Assembly (NCBI GenBank): GCA_963745625.1
Contig: CAVUXZ010000014.1
Location: 162,787 to 226,786 of the forward strand
Length of the DNA stretch: 64,000 nt
Origin: an uncultured Solirubrobacterales bacterium
GTDB taxonomy: Bacteria; Actinomycetota; Thermoleophilia; Solirubrobacterales; 70-9
Direction of reading: 5' to 3'
Shown: positions 28,463-37,071 of the stretch, one piece after another
How positions within the stretch are numbered: the first letter of the stretch is position 1
Layout of the letters: every line of letters begins with the position of its first letter
The notes under the pieces: model-generated
Told to the model about the DNA's origin: nothing
The model's database searches: none
Seen by the model: only the letters and a program-made list of their open reading frames with translations
Made by a program: the position numbers and the translations under genes

Positions 28463-29365
28463 ATGAATCCGCCGACGGCACATCTTCCAGCCAACCACTT
28501 CCTGACGGGTGAGGAGCTCGACCGTACCGAGCTGCTGGCGCTGCTCGAGCGCGCCGAGGAGCTCAAGCAGGGGCGTGATCGTGGCGAGGGCGCCGAGGCG
28601 CTGGCGGGGCGTTCGGTCGGACTCGTCTTCGAGAAGCCGTCGACCCGGACACGGGTCTCGTTCGAGGTCGGGGTCGCCGAACTGGGGGCGACGCCGCTGG
28701 TGCTGCGTGGCGACGAGCTGCAGCTGTCGCGCGGCGAATCGTTCGCGGACACCGGCCGGATCCTCTCCCGGTACCTGCACGGGATCGTGATCCGATCCGG
28801 ATCCGACGAGCGGGTCCGCGAGCTCGCCGACGGGTCGAGCGTCCCGGTGATCAACGCCCTCACGCCGAGGCACCATCCATGCCAGGCGCTGGCCGACCTG
28901 CTCACGCTGAGGGAGCGCTTCGGCGACCTCGACGGCCTGCGCCTCGCCTACGTCGGGGACGGAAACAACATGGCGCGGTCGCTGGCGATCCTCGGCGGGA
29001 CCGCCGGCGTCGATGTGGTGATTGCGAGCCCCGGGGGATATGGCCTTGACGACGCGCTGGCCGAAGCCACCGACGATCCCAAGGCCGCCGCTGCCGATGC
29101 CGATGCGATCTACACCGACGTCTGGGTGAGCATGGGGGACGAGGCGGAGGCCGACCGGCGCCGGGCGGACCTGGCCCCGTACCAGGTGAACGAGGAGCTG
29201 CTCGCCGCTGCCTCGGATCGCGCCGTGGCGCTCCACTGCCTGCCCGCCCACCCCGGCGAGGAGATCACTGCCGAGGTCCTCTACGGCGAACGCTCTGCGG
29301 TCTGGGACCAGGCGGAGAACCGCCTGCACGCGCAGAAGGCCCTGCTCGAGCGGCTGCTGGCCTGA
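28463..29365 (+). CDS. argF: ornithine carbamoyltransferase
   Basis: STRTR, HPCQALADL, DVWVSMG and HCLPAHPGEE motifs. ATG at 28463. Confidence 0.9.
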   Translation: MNPPTAHLPANHFLTGEELDRTELLALLERAEELKQGRDRGEGAEALAGRSVGLVFEKPSTRTRVSFEVGVAELGATPLVLRGDELQLSRGESFADTGRILSRYLHGIVIRSGSDERVRELADGSSVPVINALTPRHHPCQALADLLTLRERFGDLDGLRLAYVGDGNNMARSLAILGGTAGVDVVIASPGGYGLDDALAEATDDPKAAAADADAIYTDVWVSMGDEAEADRRRADLAPYQVNEELLAAASDRAVALHCLPAHPGEEITAEVLYGERSAVWDQAENRLHAQKALLERLLA

Positions 29366-29394
29366 ATACCGACGTTTCTACAATTCCCGCCGAC

Positions 29395-29466
29395 GGCCCC
29401 GTCGTCCAATGGCTAGGACATCAGGTTTTCAACCTGGGAACGCGGGTTCAATTCCCGCCGGGGCTA
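29395..29466 (+). tRNA. tRNA-Glu (anticodon UUC)
   Basis: Hand-folded cloverleaf: acceptor GGCCCCG/CGGGGCT, D stem GTCC/GGAC, anticodon stem TCAGG/CCTGG with loop TTTTCAA, T arm GCGGG-TTCAATT-CCCGC. No encoded CCA. Confidence 0.88.
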
Positions 29467-29494
29467 TTTACAGCGCTCGACTAGCCTCCCGTCG

Positions 29495-30250
29495 ATGCTC
29501 CCTCAGATCCACCTCGGACCGGTCACGCTGCAGACCTTTGGGATCTGCTTCGCCGTCGCGTTCATCTCCGCGGGGGCGCTGGTCTGGAAGAGATTCGGGG
29601 AGATCGGCAAGCCGGTCGACTGGGCTTATGAGATGGGCTTCGCCGCGCTGCTCGGCGGGCTCGTCGGCTCCCGCCTCGACTTCATCATCGAGAACTACAG
29701 CGACGTCAAGCACGATCTGCTCGCCAACATCTTCTCCGGCTCCGGCCTGGTCTGGTACGGCGGCGCGATCGGGGGTGCGATCGGCGTCTTCCTCTGGGCC
29801 TGGTGGCGCGGGTTCCTCACGCTCGCTCTGCTCGACGTCGCCGCGCCGGCCCTTGCCCTGGGCTACGCGATCGGCCGCTGCGGCTGCCAGCTCTCCGGCG
29901 ACGGTGACTACGGCAAGGCCTGGAGCGGTCCATGGGCGATGGCCTATCCGGACGGGACCAAGCCGACCGACCAGACCGTTCATCCCACCCCCGTCTACGA
30001 GACCCTGACGATGGGGCTCGTCGCCCTGGTCCTCTGGCGCCTCCGCGACCGCTTCACCAACGGCACGCTCTTCGCCCTCTATCTGCTGCTGGCCGGCACG
30101 GAGCGCTTCCTGGTGGAGTTCATCCGGCGCAACAGCGACGTCGCCCTAGGCCTGACCCAGGCTCAGCTGATCAGCCTGGCGATGATGGTCGCCGGGGGCG
30201 TCTGGCTGCTGCTGGCGTTCCGGCGGGCGCCGCGGGCCGCTCCCGCCTGA
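29495..30250 (+). CDS. lgt: prolipoprotein diacylglyceryl transferase
   Basis: Lgt pattern: GSRLDFI, GLVWYGGAIGG, GRCGCQLSGDGDYG, PTPVYETL, ERFLVEFIRRN. Confidence 0.9.
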   Translation: MLPQIHLGPVTLQTFGICFAVAFISAGALVWKRFGEIGKPVDWAYEMGFAALLGGLVGSRLDFIIENYSDVKHDLLANIFSGSGLVWYGGAIGGAIGVFLWAWWRGFLTLALLDVAAPALALGYAIGRCGCQLSGDGDYGKAWSGPWAMAYPDGTKPTDQTVHPTPVYETLTMGLVALVLWRLRDRFTNGTLFALYLLLAGTERFLVEFIRRNSDVALGLTQAQLISLAMMVAGGVWLLLAFRRAPRAAPA

Positions 30251-30274
30251 GGCTCGAGGCGAACGAGGCCTGAG

Positions 30275-31027
30275 CTACACCGAGCGGAGCAAGCCGCCGT
30301 CGAGCGGGATCACCGCTCCGGTGAGATAGGCGGACCGCTCCGAGCAGAGGAACGCCACCAGGTCCCCGTATTCCTCCGGCCGCCCGAGCCGTTTCGCCGG
30401 GACTCGGTGTCGCGCTCCCTCCTCCGCCCCCTCCAGCGATCCATGTCGGTCGGCGAGCCGCTCCGTCGCGAACATCCCCGTCGCGACCGTGTTGACGGTG
30501 ATCCCGTCGCCCGCCACCTCGTCCGCGAGGGTCTCGAGCAGCCCCAGGGCCGCCAGCCGGTTCGCGTTGGAGAGCGTCAGCCCGGCGATCGGCTCGCGGA
30601 TCGAGCTGGAGGAGACGTTCACGATCCTGCCCCAGCTCCGCTCCCGCATCCCGGGCACCACCGTCTCCGTCAGGACCCGCGCCGCCAGGACAAGCGAGCG
30701 GAAGGCCGCCTCCCACTCCTCCAGGGAGTTGTCGAGCGCCCCACCGGGCGGCGGGCCGCCGGTGTTGAGCACCAGAATCTCGACCGGACCGAACGCCTGG
30801 GACACCTCTCCGGGCAACACGCGCAGCCGATCCAGATCATCCGTGTCCGCCGGGAAGACCTGCACCTCCCCGCCGATCTCCTCAGCTACGTCCCGCAGTG
30901 AGTCCTCCGACCGGCTCGAGATGGCAACGCGGGCGCCCTCGCGCGCCAGCGCTCCTGCGATGCCGCGCCCAATGCCCTTGCTGGCGGCCATGACGAGGGC
31001 GGTCCGTCCCTTGATCCCTAGGTCCAC
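30275..31027 (-). CDS. SDR-family oxidoreductase (3-oxoacyl-ACP reductase-like)
   Basis: GTG start at 31027. TALVMAASKGIGRGIA glycine motif, NVSS...(active-site region)...GITVNTVATG, PLDGG tail. Confidence 0.85.
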   Translation of the reverse strand: MDLGIKGRTALVMAASKGIGRGIAGALAREGARVAISSRSEDSLRDVAEEIGGEVQVFPADTDDLDRLRVLPGEVSQAFGPVEILVLNTGGPPPGGALDNSLEEWEAAFRSLVLAARVLTETVVPGMRERSWGRIVNVSSSSIREPIAGLTLSNANRLAALGLLETLADEVAGDGITVNTVATGMFATERLADRHGSLEGAEEGARHRVPAKRLGRPEEYGDLVAFLCSERSAYLTGAVIPLDGGLLRSV

Positions 31028-31353
31028 ACCGCCCCTCCCGGCCGCCGGGCCAGCCAGGCGCACCAGGCGGCGAAGGCCGCCACCGCGATCGCGACTCCCA
31101 GCCAGTGGACTCCCGCCACCACCGCGATCGCACTGGGGATCCCGGCCAGGACCGCGCCCAGGAGCACGCCAGGGACATTCAGGTGAAGCGCCCAGGCAGT
31201 CAGCGCAGCGCAGACGAGCCACGCGACCGGACCGGTGATCCACCCCCAGTCGTCGAAGAAGGAGTGGGGAAGGCTGACGGCCAGGATCAGGGAGACTGCC
31301 GCGACGGCCACCAGCTGAGCGGCGGCCGCCCTCCAGAGGATCGAGCGGTCCAT
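31018..31353 (-). CDS. small integral membrane protein (hypothetical)
   Basis: 111 aa with 3-4 hydrophobic helices. It occupies a frame where the 801-aa composite ORF reads as junk, and it overlaps the SDR start by 10 nt. Confidence 0.5.
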   Translation of the reverse strand: MDRSILWRAAAAQLVAVAAVSLILAVSLPHSFFDDWGWITGPVAWLVCAALTAWALHLNVPGVLLGAVLAGIPSAIAVVAGVHWLGVAIAVAAFAAWCAWLARRPGGAVWT

Positions 31354-31422
31354 CGCCGTCCATTCTGGCAGCGCGGCTAGATTCGGCGGCGGTTTTTGTG
31401 GCCGCCGTTGAGAGCGAAGCCG

Positions 31423-32602
31423 TCAGCCGGTCAGCCGGTGGAGATACGCGGCGTCGTCCGCCGGCAGGCCGGGAATCGCCTGGCCGTCCCAGGTGATCCC
31501 ATCGGCCATGGCGACGAAGAGCTGCTCGCGATCCCGGAGGCTGAGGCGCTCGAAGCGCCCCAGGGCGAGGAACGAGTAGAGCTTCGGCAGCGCGTCTCGC
31601 CAGCCCTTGTCGGTCCCGGGGATCTTCGCCAGGTCGTGGATCGTCTTCGGTGCCTCGCGCAGCGGCTCCATGAAGATCTGCGCGAAGACCGCGAAGTCGA
31701 GCTGTTGCTCGCGTCCTGCGGGGACCAACAGGGTCCTGTCCTGCGGCGAGAGCAGGCCCCGCTCGAGCTCCCCGGCTTCCATCAGCAGCACGCCGTCCGT
31801 CGGGCGCGGGTTGCACTCGATCATCACCAGACCCTCGCTGGTCTCGATGAAGTCGAGGGACATCTGGCCGCTCCAGCCCAGCTCCGAGCCGAGCCGCTCG
31901 ACGGTGGGAAGCGTGTCCTCGGGTTCGACCGAGAGGAACTGGATCCCGGTCGAGTGCTCCCACTGCCGCGGCGCCCGGTAGGACATGTGTGAGGCGACCT
32001 TCCCGTCGTGCAGCGCCGAGTAGGTGCAGTGCATCGGCCCGCCGACGAATTCCTGGACCAGCCAGGGATTCGCCTCCGTCGGGCGGCAATCGTCGGGGCT
32101 CAGATGGCCTGCGAGTGGCCCGGTGTTGGTGAGCAGTCCGACCCCACCCCTCGAAAAGGCCGCCCGGGCGAAATACTCGGGGAACCGCCCGATCGCGTCG
32201 TCGAGCTCCCTGCGTGTGTGTGCCAGGACGGCCGAGGCGGTCGCAGAGCTCCTGGAAAGTCCCCTTGTCGTGAACCTGGGCGAGGGTGCGGAAGGACGGT
32301 GCGTAGAGCCGGGTCACCTTGGAGAGCCGCACGTGCTGGGCGGCCAGGTAGAAGACCTCCTCGAACATCGGCACCACGACGTCGATCTGGTTCACGTCGG
32401 CGATGCGCTCCACGTCGGACGCGAACTGCTCCGGGTCGGCCGAGGCCGAGGCCGTCGTGAAGTGATCCATCAGGTATCGGGAGTGGCTGCCCGGCGAGGC
32501 CGCGTAGCTGTCGCAGGCGAACACCTCGTGTCCCGTCTCGCCCAGCTTGCGGATCGCGTCGAGCGCGAACGGCATCCGCGAGCTGGTGATCAGCACCCTC
32601 AC
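31423..32602 (-). pseudogene. ATP-grasp domain protein disrupted by a frameshift inside a (GT)4.5 / (CA)n microsatellite
   Basis: The N-terminal half (VRVLITSSRMPFALDAIRKLGETGHEVFACD...KGTFQELCDRLGRPGTH) and the C-terminal half (..TRRELDDAIGRFPEYFARAAFSRGGVGLL...WLVQEFVGGPMHCTYSALHDGKV...MIECNPRPTDG) are in frames offset by 1. The junction is at gtgtgtgtg 32214-32222, and adding one CA unit restores the frame. Confidence 0.7.
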
Positions 32603-32695
32603 GATCCGAACCCTATGACGCCACGCGGCTAGCGCCCTGCGCCGGTCCACCGCTCCCGGCCGAATACGGCGCAGCCGCAATAATCGTGCCTTCCA

Positions 32696-32768
32696 GGGCG
32701 GTTAGCTCAGCTGGGAGAGCGCCTGCCTTACAAGCAGGAGGTCGCCGGTTCGAGCCCGGCACCGCCCA
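32696..32768 (+). tRNA. tRNA-Val (anticodon UAC)
   Basis: Hand-folded: acceptor GGGCGGT/ACCGCCC, D arm GCTC..GAGC, anticodon stem CCTGC/GCAGG with loop CTTACAA, T arm GCCGG-TTCGAGC-CCGGC. Confidence 0.88.
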
Positions 32769-32869
32769 TCTCTTGCCTCCTCCTGGCTGGTCAGCCAGAC
32801 CAGATTGCGCCGCGGCGCTCCGGGTATACGTGCTCGGGAGCAAGTCAGGCCAAGGAAGGAGGAGAGCTC

Positions 32870-33007
32870 ATGCTGTGGTTAATCGCAGGCATCGTCCTGT
32901 TGGTCATCGCGATCGCTGGTGGGGCCATCATTCACCCGGTCCTGTTCGCGCTGGCGATCGTCGCGCTGCTGATTTTCTTCATGGGACGGGGAACCCGCAC
33001 CGTCTGA
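32870..33007 (+). CDS. 45-aa hydrophobic small protein (two predicted TM helices)
   Basis: Below the ORF-track size cutoff. ATG preceded by GGAAGGAGGAGAGCTC (strong SD). MLWLIAGIVLLVIAIAGGAIIHPVLFALAIVALLIFFMGRGTRTV. Confidence 0.4.
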   Translation: MLWLIAGIVLLVIAIAGGAIIHPVLFALAIVALLIFFMGRGTRTV

Positions 33008-33038
33008 ACACTCCGCCTTGGACCGCGCCTGGGCTCGA

Positions 33039-34646
33039 CTACGCGGAATCGTCCGGATCGGGCCGGGTGTGCTGCGGCATCAGCGCACCGGTCGAGCGGG
33101 CGCGGTCCTTGGCGATCAGCTTGCGCGCCTCGGACTGCTCGCCCTTGGGCAGCAGCGTCCGGCGCAGATCGTGGGCGTCGAAGATCTCGTCGAGGTCCTC
33201 GCGGGTGAGGGTCTCGCGCTCGAGCGCGTTACTGGCGAGGTCGTCGAGGCAGTCTCGGTTCACCTGCATGAGCTGCCGGGCGCGCGCGTAGGCCATGTGG
33301 GCGAGCTCCTGGGCGTTCTCGTCGACCTCCCGGCGCGTTCGGTCAGAGAGGGCATAGTCGCTGGTCGGCTGGGCGAGTGGCGCACTGTCGGGCGGGCCAT
33401 GGGCGAGGGTCATCCCGAACTCGGTGACCATCTGCACGCAGATCTTCTGGACTCGGGCCAGGTCGTCGGCGGCGCCGGAGTAGGCCTCGTCGAAGACCTC
33501 CTCCTCCGCAGCCCGGCCACCGAGCAGGATCACTATCTCGTCCATCAGCTGCTTGTGCGAGCGCAGGTAGCGGTCCTCGCTGGGCGAATGCCCGACGAAG
33601 CCGAGCGCCGGCCCGCGGGGAACGATGCTGAGGATCTCCGGCGGATCGAGTCCGCAGAGCCGGCGGCAGAGGGCGTGTCCCGCCTCGTGATAGGCGACGA
33701 TCCGCCGCTCCACCTCCGTCAGCCGGCGTGATTGCTGGGAGCCGACCGACTGGCGCAGCAGGGCCTCGTCGAGGTCCTCGCGGGCGATTGCCATCCGTCC
33801 GGCACGGCCCGCGATGATCGCGGCCTCATTCAACGCGTTGGCGAGCTGCGCACCGGTCAGGCCGGTGGTCTTGCGAGCGACGTCCATGAGGTCGACGGTG
33901 TCGGCAAGGGTCTTGTCTTTCGCGTGCGCGCGCAGGATGGCCTGGCGCCCGTCGCGATCCGGTGGGGCGACCAGCACCTGGCGGTCGAAGCGCCCGGGCC
34001 GGAGCAGCGCCTTGTCGAGCTTGTCGATCTGGTTCGACGCCGCCAAAACGATCACCGTGCCAGGGTCGCGTTCGAAGCCGTCCAGCTCGACGAGCAACTG
34101 GTTGAGGGCCTGCTCGCGCTCCGAGGTGCCACCGTCGCCGGCGCCCGAGCCGCGATGGCCACCCACCGCATCGAGCTCGTCGATGAAGACCACGGCGCGT
34201 CCGGAGCGGCGCGCCTCCTTGAAGAGGCGACGGATGCGCGCCGCGCCCCGCCCGACGAACATCTCGACGAAGCTCGATCCCGACGCGGCGAAGAAATCGA
34301 CACCGGCGTGCGAGGCAACGGCGCGGGCCAGCATCGTCTTGCCGGTTCCGGGCGGCCCGTAGAGCAGCACTCCGCGCGGCGCCCTCGCGCCGAGCGCCTC
34401 GAACCGCTGGGGATCCTTGAGCCATTCGGCGACGTCGACCAACTCCTCCTTGGCGGCGTCGACCCCCTGCACGTCCTCCCACCGGACGGTCCCCGTCTTG
34501 CTGGCCTTGACCGACTCGGGACGCGTCGACCCCATCGTGTTGCGGAGCAGGATGACGAAGACCGCCAGGATGCCAGCGGAGAAGAAGACCCCGAAGACCG
34601 GGTACCACTCGAAGAAGAAGTCTTGGATGGATGCGAGCAGGGGCAT
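33039..34646 (-). CDS. FtsH-like AAA+ zinc metalloprotease with a short single-TM N-terminus
   Basis: GPPGTGKT, VVFIDELDAV, pore loop FVEMFVG, SRH LRPGRFDRQV and HEAGHAL. There are only ~35 N-terminal residues with one hydrophobic helix before the AAA module, and no periplasmic domain. Confidence 0.9.
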   Translation of the reverse strand: MPLLASIQDFFFEWYPVFGVFFSAGILAVFVILLRNTMGSTRPESVKASKTGTVRWEDVQGVDAAKEELVDVAEWLKDPQRFEALGARAPRGVLLYGPPGTGKTMLARAVASHAGVDFFAASGSSFVEMFVGRGAARIRRLFKEARRSGRAVVFIDELDAVGGHRGSGAGDGGTSEREQALNQLLVELDGFERDPGTVIVLAASNQIDKLDKALLRPGRFDRQVLVAPPDRDGRQAILRAHAKDKTLADTVDLMDVARKTTGLTGAQLANALNEAAIIAGRAGRMAIAREDLDEALLRQSVGSQQSRRLTEVERRIVAYHEAGHALCRRLCGLDPPEILSIVPRGPALGFVGHSPSEDRYLRSHKQLMDEIVILLGGRAAEEEVFDEAYSGAADDLARVQKICVQMVTEFGMTLAHGPPDSAPLAQPTSDYALSDRTRREVDENAQELAHMAYARARQLMQVNRDCLDDLASNALERETLTREDLDEIFDAHDLRRTLLPKGEQSEARKLIAKDRARSTGALMPQHTRPDPDDSA

Positions 34647-34663
34647 TTCAGACGCCTAGTCAC

Positions 34664-34915
34664 CTATCGGCAGGCGACGAGCGTGCCTGGAGCCATTTTT
34701 CGGCTCAGAGACGGTTTCACGACCATGTCGAAGATCACCGCGATCAGCAGGATCAGCCCGATCCTCGAGATCAACAGGATCCGCGCGGCTCGCCGCAGGA
34801 CCTCGGGATCGGCGGTCCCCTTCTCCTCTCCGATCACCGCGATCCGGCGCTCGACCCAGGTCTGCGAGAACTCCCAGGCGGGACTGTTGAGTACCTCGGA
34901 GAGCGTCACCGTCAA
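34664..34915 (-). CDS. small membrane protein (hypothetical)
   Basis: 83-aa ORF with one clear TM (ARILLISRIGLILLIAVIFDMVV), directly upstream of the FtsH-like gene. The competing overlapping ORFs look like GC junk. Confidence 0.4.
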   Translation of the reverse strand: MTVTLSEVLNSPAWEFSQTWVERRIAVIGEEKGTADPEVLRRAARILLISRIGLILLIAVIFDMVVKPSLSRKMAPGTLVACR

Positions 34916-34951
34916 GTTGCCTAACCGGCGCCCACAAACACGGCCGCCGAA

Positions 34952-35326
34952 TTAGGCCTGCCCGTAGAGCATCACCTTGCTGGTGTCGTCCGGGTCGGCC
35001 TTGATCTGGAACTTGCCGCCGGGCTGATACGCGTTGACCGCATCCTGGGTCAGGTACTGATGGACGGTGGTGTCGTAGCTCTGGCCGTTCTCCAGATCGA
35101 CGCTGATGCCGATGTCATAGGCCTTGTTGACCGGGTCGGACCCCTCGCCTGACTCGGTGATCGAGTTGATCGTGGCGACTCCCGGAAGCCCGTTCTGGTT
35201 CAGTTTCATCGCCAGGTTGGCGTACTCGACATCCCCGGCGGAGGGGTTCATCTGGCCGGCTCCCCCTTGCTGCGCAGCCTGCTGCGCCATCTCCTGAGCC
35301 TTCTTGATGTTGTCCATCAACCCCAT
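34952..35326 (-). CDS. hypothetical soluble protein
   Basis: Probable start MGLMDNIKKAQEMAQQAAQQ at 35326. Balanced composition and no recognisable motif. Confidence 0.5.
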   Translation of the reverse strand: MGLMDNIKKAQEMAQQAAQQGGAGQMNPSAGDVEYANLAMKLNQNGLPGVATINSITESGEGSDPVNKAYDIGISVDLENGQSYDTTVHQYLTQDAVNAYQPGGKFQIKADPDDTSKVMLYGQA

Positions 35327-35408
35327 CCGATGTCTCCTCTTCCCCATTCTGTGGTGGGCGGCCCAACTCTATCCATGACATTTCGGATATTTCGGATACG
35401 TTGGCGGC

Positions 35409-35792
35409 GTGGACGCAAGTCAGTTGAAGCGGATCCCGCTGTTTTCGGACGCCTCGGACGAGGAGCTCAAGCAGGTCGCCGCCTTCGCACAATCGAAGGA
35501 GATCCCGGAGGGCGAGGTGGTGGTCTCCGAGGGCGGCTTCTCACGTGAGCTGCTTGCGATCGAGGACGGAACCGCGGAGGTGACCCGCGACAGCGAGCAC
35601 ATCGCCGACCTGGGCCCCGGCGATGTCTTCGGCGAGGCGGGGATGCTCGACGACTCGATGCGCAGCGCCACCGTCACGGCCACCTCGAGGATGCGGCTGA
35701 TCAGCCTGGGCCACTTCGAGGTGCAGAGGCTGAAGAAGGACGCGCCCGGGGTCTACCGCTCCATCGAGAAGCTGGTCGAGGAACGTTCCTGA
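35409..35792 (+). CDS. stand-alone cyclic-nucleotide-binding domain protein
   Basis: LKRIPLFSDASDEEL...GDVFGEAGMLDDSMRSATVTA matches the cNMP-binding fold signature (FGE...R[ST]A). At 127 aa it has no output domain. Confidence 0.8.
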   Translation: MDASQLKRIPLFSDASDEELKQVAAFAQSKEIPEGEVVVSEGGFSRELLAIEDGTAEVTRDSEHIADLGPGDVFGEAGMLDDSMRSATVTATSRMRLISLGHFEVQRLKKDAPGVYRSIEKLVEERS

Positions 35793-35795
35793 TCG

Positions 35796-36644
35796 CTAGG
35801 CGATGGTGGTGCGCAGCTCGCCCAGAGTTGGCGAGGAGATCGCGATCTCGTCGCCGGGCTTGAGCCAGACGCGCGGCTCGCGAATGCTGCCCACCCCTGA
35901 GGGGGTGCCGGTGGAGACGATGTCCCCGGGTTCGAGGGTCATCCACCGCGAGAGCCTCGCCACGAGCTCCGGGACGGAGAAGACCAGGTCGGAGGTCGAG
36001 GCCTCCTGCATGCGCTCGCCGTTCAGATCGAGCGCAAAGGAGATCTCATCCGGGGAACCGGCCTCGTCGGGCGTGACGAGGGCGGGCCCGCAGGGCGCGG
36101 AGCCGTCGAAGACCTTGCCGGGCATCCACTGCGGCGTGGCGAACTGGAGATCGCGGGCGGAGAGGTCGTTGAGCAGCATGTAGCCGGCGATCGCGTCCAG
36201 GGAATCAGCGGCGTCGACCTCCCTGCAGCGCGTCCCGACCACGAAGGCGACCTCGGCCTCGTAGTCGACCTTCTCGCTCGCCGCCGGCAGCTCGACCGTG
36301 GCGCCGGGCGGGGCGAGCGCGTTCCGGAACTTGGCGAAGAAGGTGGGTTGCTCCGGTGGGTCGATCCCAGCCTCGGCTGCGTGCGAGCGGTAGTTGAGGC
36401 CGATGCAGACGATCTTGTCCGGGTCGGGGAGCGGAGGAAGCAGCTCGGCTCCGGAGACCGGCGATGCGTCGGTTCCGTCCAGGCCCTTCGCCAGATCCTC
36501 GACGAGTGCGTCGGCGATCAGCTCCCTGACGCTGGCCGCATCGACGCCGAGGACCTCAGCTGCATCGAGCACACCGTCCCCGGTCAGCACCCCTGCGCGC
36601 GGGCCGCCGTCTCCCCGATAGCTCACCAGTCGCATGCGGGCCAC
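35796..36644 (-). CDS. fumarylacetoacetate hydrolase (FAH) family protein
   Basis: KIVCIGLNYRSHAAE, DYEAEVAFVVG, GDIVSTGTPSGVG motifs. Confidence 0.85.
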   Translation of the reverse strand: MARMRLVSYRGDGGPRAGVLTGDGVLDAAEVLGVDAASVRELIADALVEDLAKGLDGTDASPVSGAELLPPLPDPDKIVCIGLNYRSHAAEAGIDPPEQPTFFAKFRNALAPPGATVELPAASEKVDYEAEVAFVVGTRCREVDAADSLDAIAGYMLLNDLSARDLQFATPQWMPGKVFDGSAPCGPALVTPDEAGSPDEISFALDLNGERMQEASTSDLVFSVPELVARLSRWMTLEPGDIVSTGTPSGVGSIREPRVWLKPGDEIAISSPTLGELRTTIA

Positions 36645-36742
36645 CCTAGTCCGTCATGGCGTCATCCCACCCCCGCGTTCGCTAGGTTCCCGCGCCAGCA
36701 GAGGGGGGTCAATCCCCGGATCAAAGACACGCGGAGGCATCG

Positions 36743-36952
36743 ATGGCTGAAGGTACGGTCAAGTGGTTCAGCAACGAGAAGGGATACGGCTTCATCACTC
36801 CGGACGACGGCGGGAAGGACCTGTTCGTCCACTTCTCGAGCATCGGGGGCGACGGGTATCGCTCGCTGGACGACGGCGCGCGGGTCAGCTACGAGTCGGA
36901 GGAGGGCCCCAAGGGTCCCGTCGCCACCGACGTCTCCGAGCTGAGCGGCTAG
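36743..36952 (+). CDS. cspA: cold-shock protein (CspA family)
   Basis: [15 protein letters not shown] (RNP1) and DLFVHFS (RNP2). Confidence 0.95.
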   Translation: MAEGTVKWFSNEKGYGFITPDDGGKDLFVHFSSIGGDGYRSLDDGARVSYESEEGPKGPVATDVSELSG

Positions 36953-36991
36953 CCTGCGTTACCGGTGGCGGAGGTTCCGCCACCAGCCCTC

Positions 36992-37065
<74 letters not shown>

Positions 37066-37071
37066 TTCTCG

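Noticed and set aside
27623-29329. 568-aa ORF as a single gene
   Set aside because: Only the C-terminal ~270 aa are EEP-like. The remainder is antisense to argF.
29409-30008. ORFs running across tRNA-Glu (and 32686-33291 / 32613-32843 across tRNA-Val, 36965-37183 across tRNA-Asp)
   Set aside because: They start inside tRNA genes and have junk composition.
30275-32680. 801-aa ORF as a single gene
   Set aside because: It is a composite: SDR (30275-31027), junk over a small membrane gene in another frame, then the N-terminal half of a frameshifted ATP-grasp gene.
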